The position numbers and the translations under genes were made by a program. From positions 27,952 through 65,402 of the forward strand of contig JAZKCM010000003.1 in assembly GCA_040388095.1 (NCBI GenBank): a DNA stretch of 37,451 nt, read 5' to 3'. Numbering within the stretch: the stretch's first letter is position 1; every line of letters begins with the position of its first letter. Source of the DNA: Patescibacteria group bacterium. GTDB taxonomy: Bacteria; Patescibacteriota; Minisyncoccia; Phycocordibacterales; UBA9973. The notes below the pieces were generated by a model. It did not search any database. It saw only the letters and a list, made by a program, of their open reading frames with translations, and had not been told where the DNA came from. This document shows positions 37,059 through 37,451 of the stretch, one piece after another.

Positions 37059-37451
37059 TTATATATCAATCTCTGCAAGCTTGGCGTTGGATTGGATGAA
37101 AGATTTGCGAGGTGGGACTTCAGAGCCCATGAGGATGTCGAAGACTTTATTCGCTTCTTCAGCATCGTCGATATTCACTTTCTTAAGAACACGGTTCTTC
37201 GGATCCATAGTCGTCTCCCAGAGCTCTTCGGCATTCATTTCTCCGAGACCTTTGTATCGCTGAATGTGTACTTTATTTGATTTCTTTTTGGTATCCTCTT
37301 TACCCTCTTCTTCCTCAGTATTTTCAACAGCTTCTCCTTCTGCAATTTCTTCTATTTCCATATCCTGTTCCCCTGCTATTTTTATTCTCTCTTCATCAGA
37401 ATATGCATAAAATATTTCTCTTCCCTTTTTGATCTTATAGAGCGGTGGCTG
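37059..37451 (-). CDS. gyrB: DNA gyrase subunit B, C-terminal part (runs off window)
   Basis: Frame open to the edge: QPPLYKI...[22 protein letters not shown]...[13 protein letters not shown]. Confidence 0.95.
   Translation of the reverse strand, partial: QPPLYKIKKGREIFYAYSDEERIKIAGEQDMEIEEIAEGEAVENTEEEEGKEDTKKKSNKVHIQRYKGLGEMNAEELWETTMDPKNRVLKKVNIDDAEEANKVFDILMGSEVPPRKSFIQSNAKLAEIDI

Noticed and set aside
1-37451. Alternative genetic code (UGA = Gly, as in Gracilibacteria/SR1)
   Set aside because: Core genes translate full length with the standard code, and rnr ends in TGA at the expected position.

Overview
AT-rich bacterial chromosome segment in the standard genetic code. Gene content and protein style (compact MetG, ThrS, RecO and SMC; class-II alpha2 GlyRS; NusB fusion; Cys-repeat surface protein) point to Candidate Phyla Radiation, Parcubacteria/Nomurabacteria-like (inference). 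1-8205 is a cell-surface locus: GT6 fusion, GT2, GT11 fucosyltransferase, epimerase, O-antigen-ligase/TPR protein and a large peptidoglycan-binding surface protein. The rest is mostly housekeeping: ftsK, recA, efp, rpsF-ssb-rpsR, tatD, metG, glyQS, recO, rnr, smc, rnc, nusB, rpmF, thrS and the 3' end of gyrB. The most unusual part is 8.2-9.8 kb. (1) A four-helix-bundle/winged-helix gene carries about 14 copies of a TGTCYNWWAT-like motif in its promoter and coding sequence, in all three reading frames; two of these copies form a 24-bp palindrome over its -10 box. (2) The surface-protein gene has tandem promoters, a perfect DnaA box and a ~390-nt multi-hairpin leader with a boxA-like site. (3) A palindromic element here has a relative inserted in frame in a hinge-less SMC. 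Many genes also appear to be leaderless. All motif counts and foldings were done by eye.
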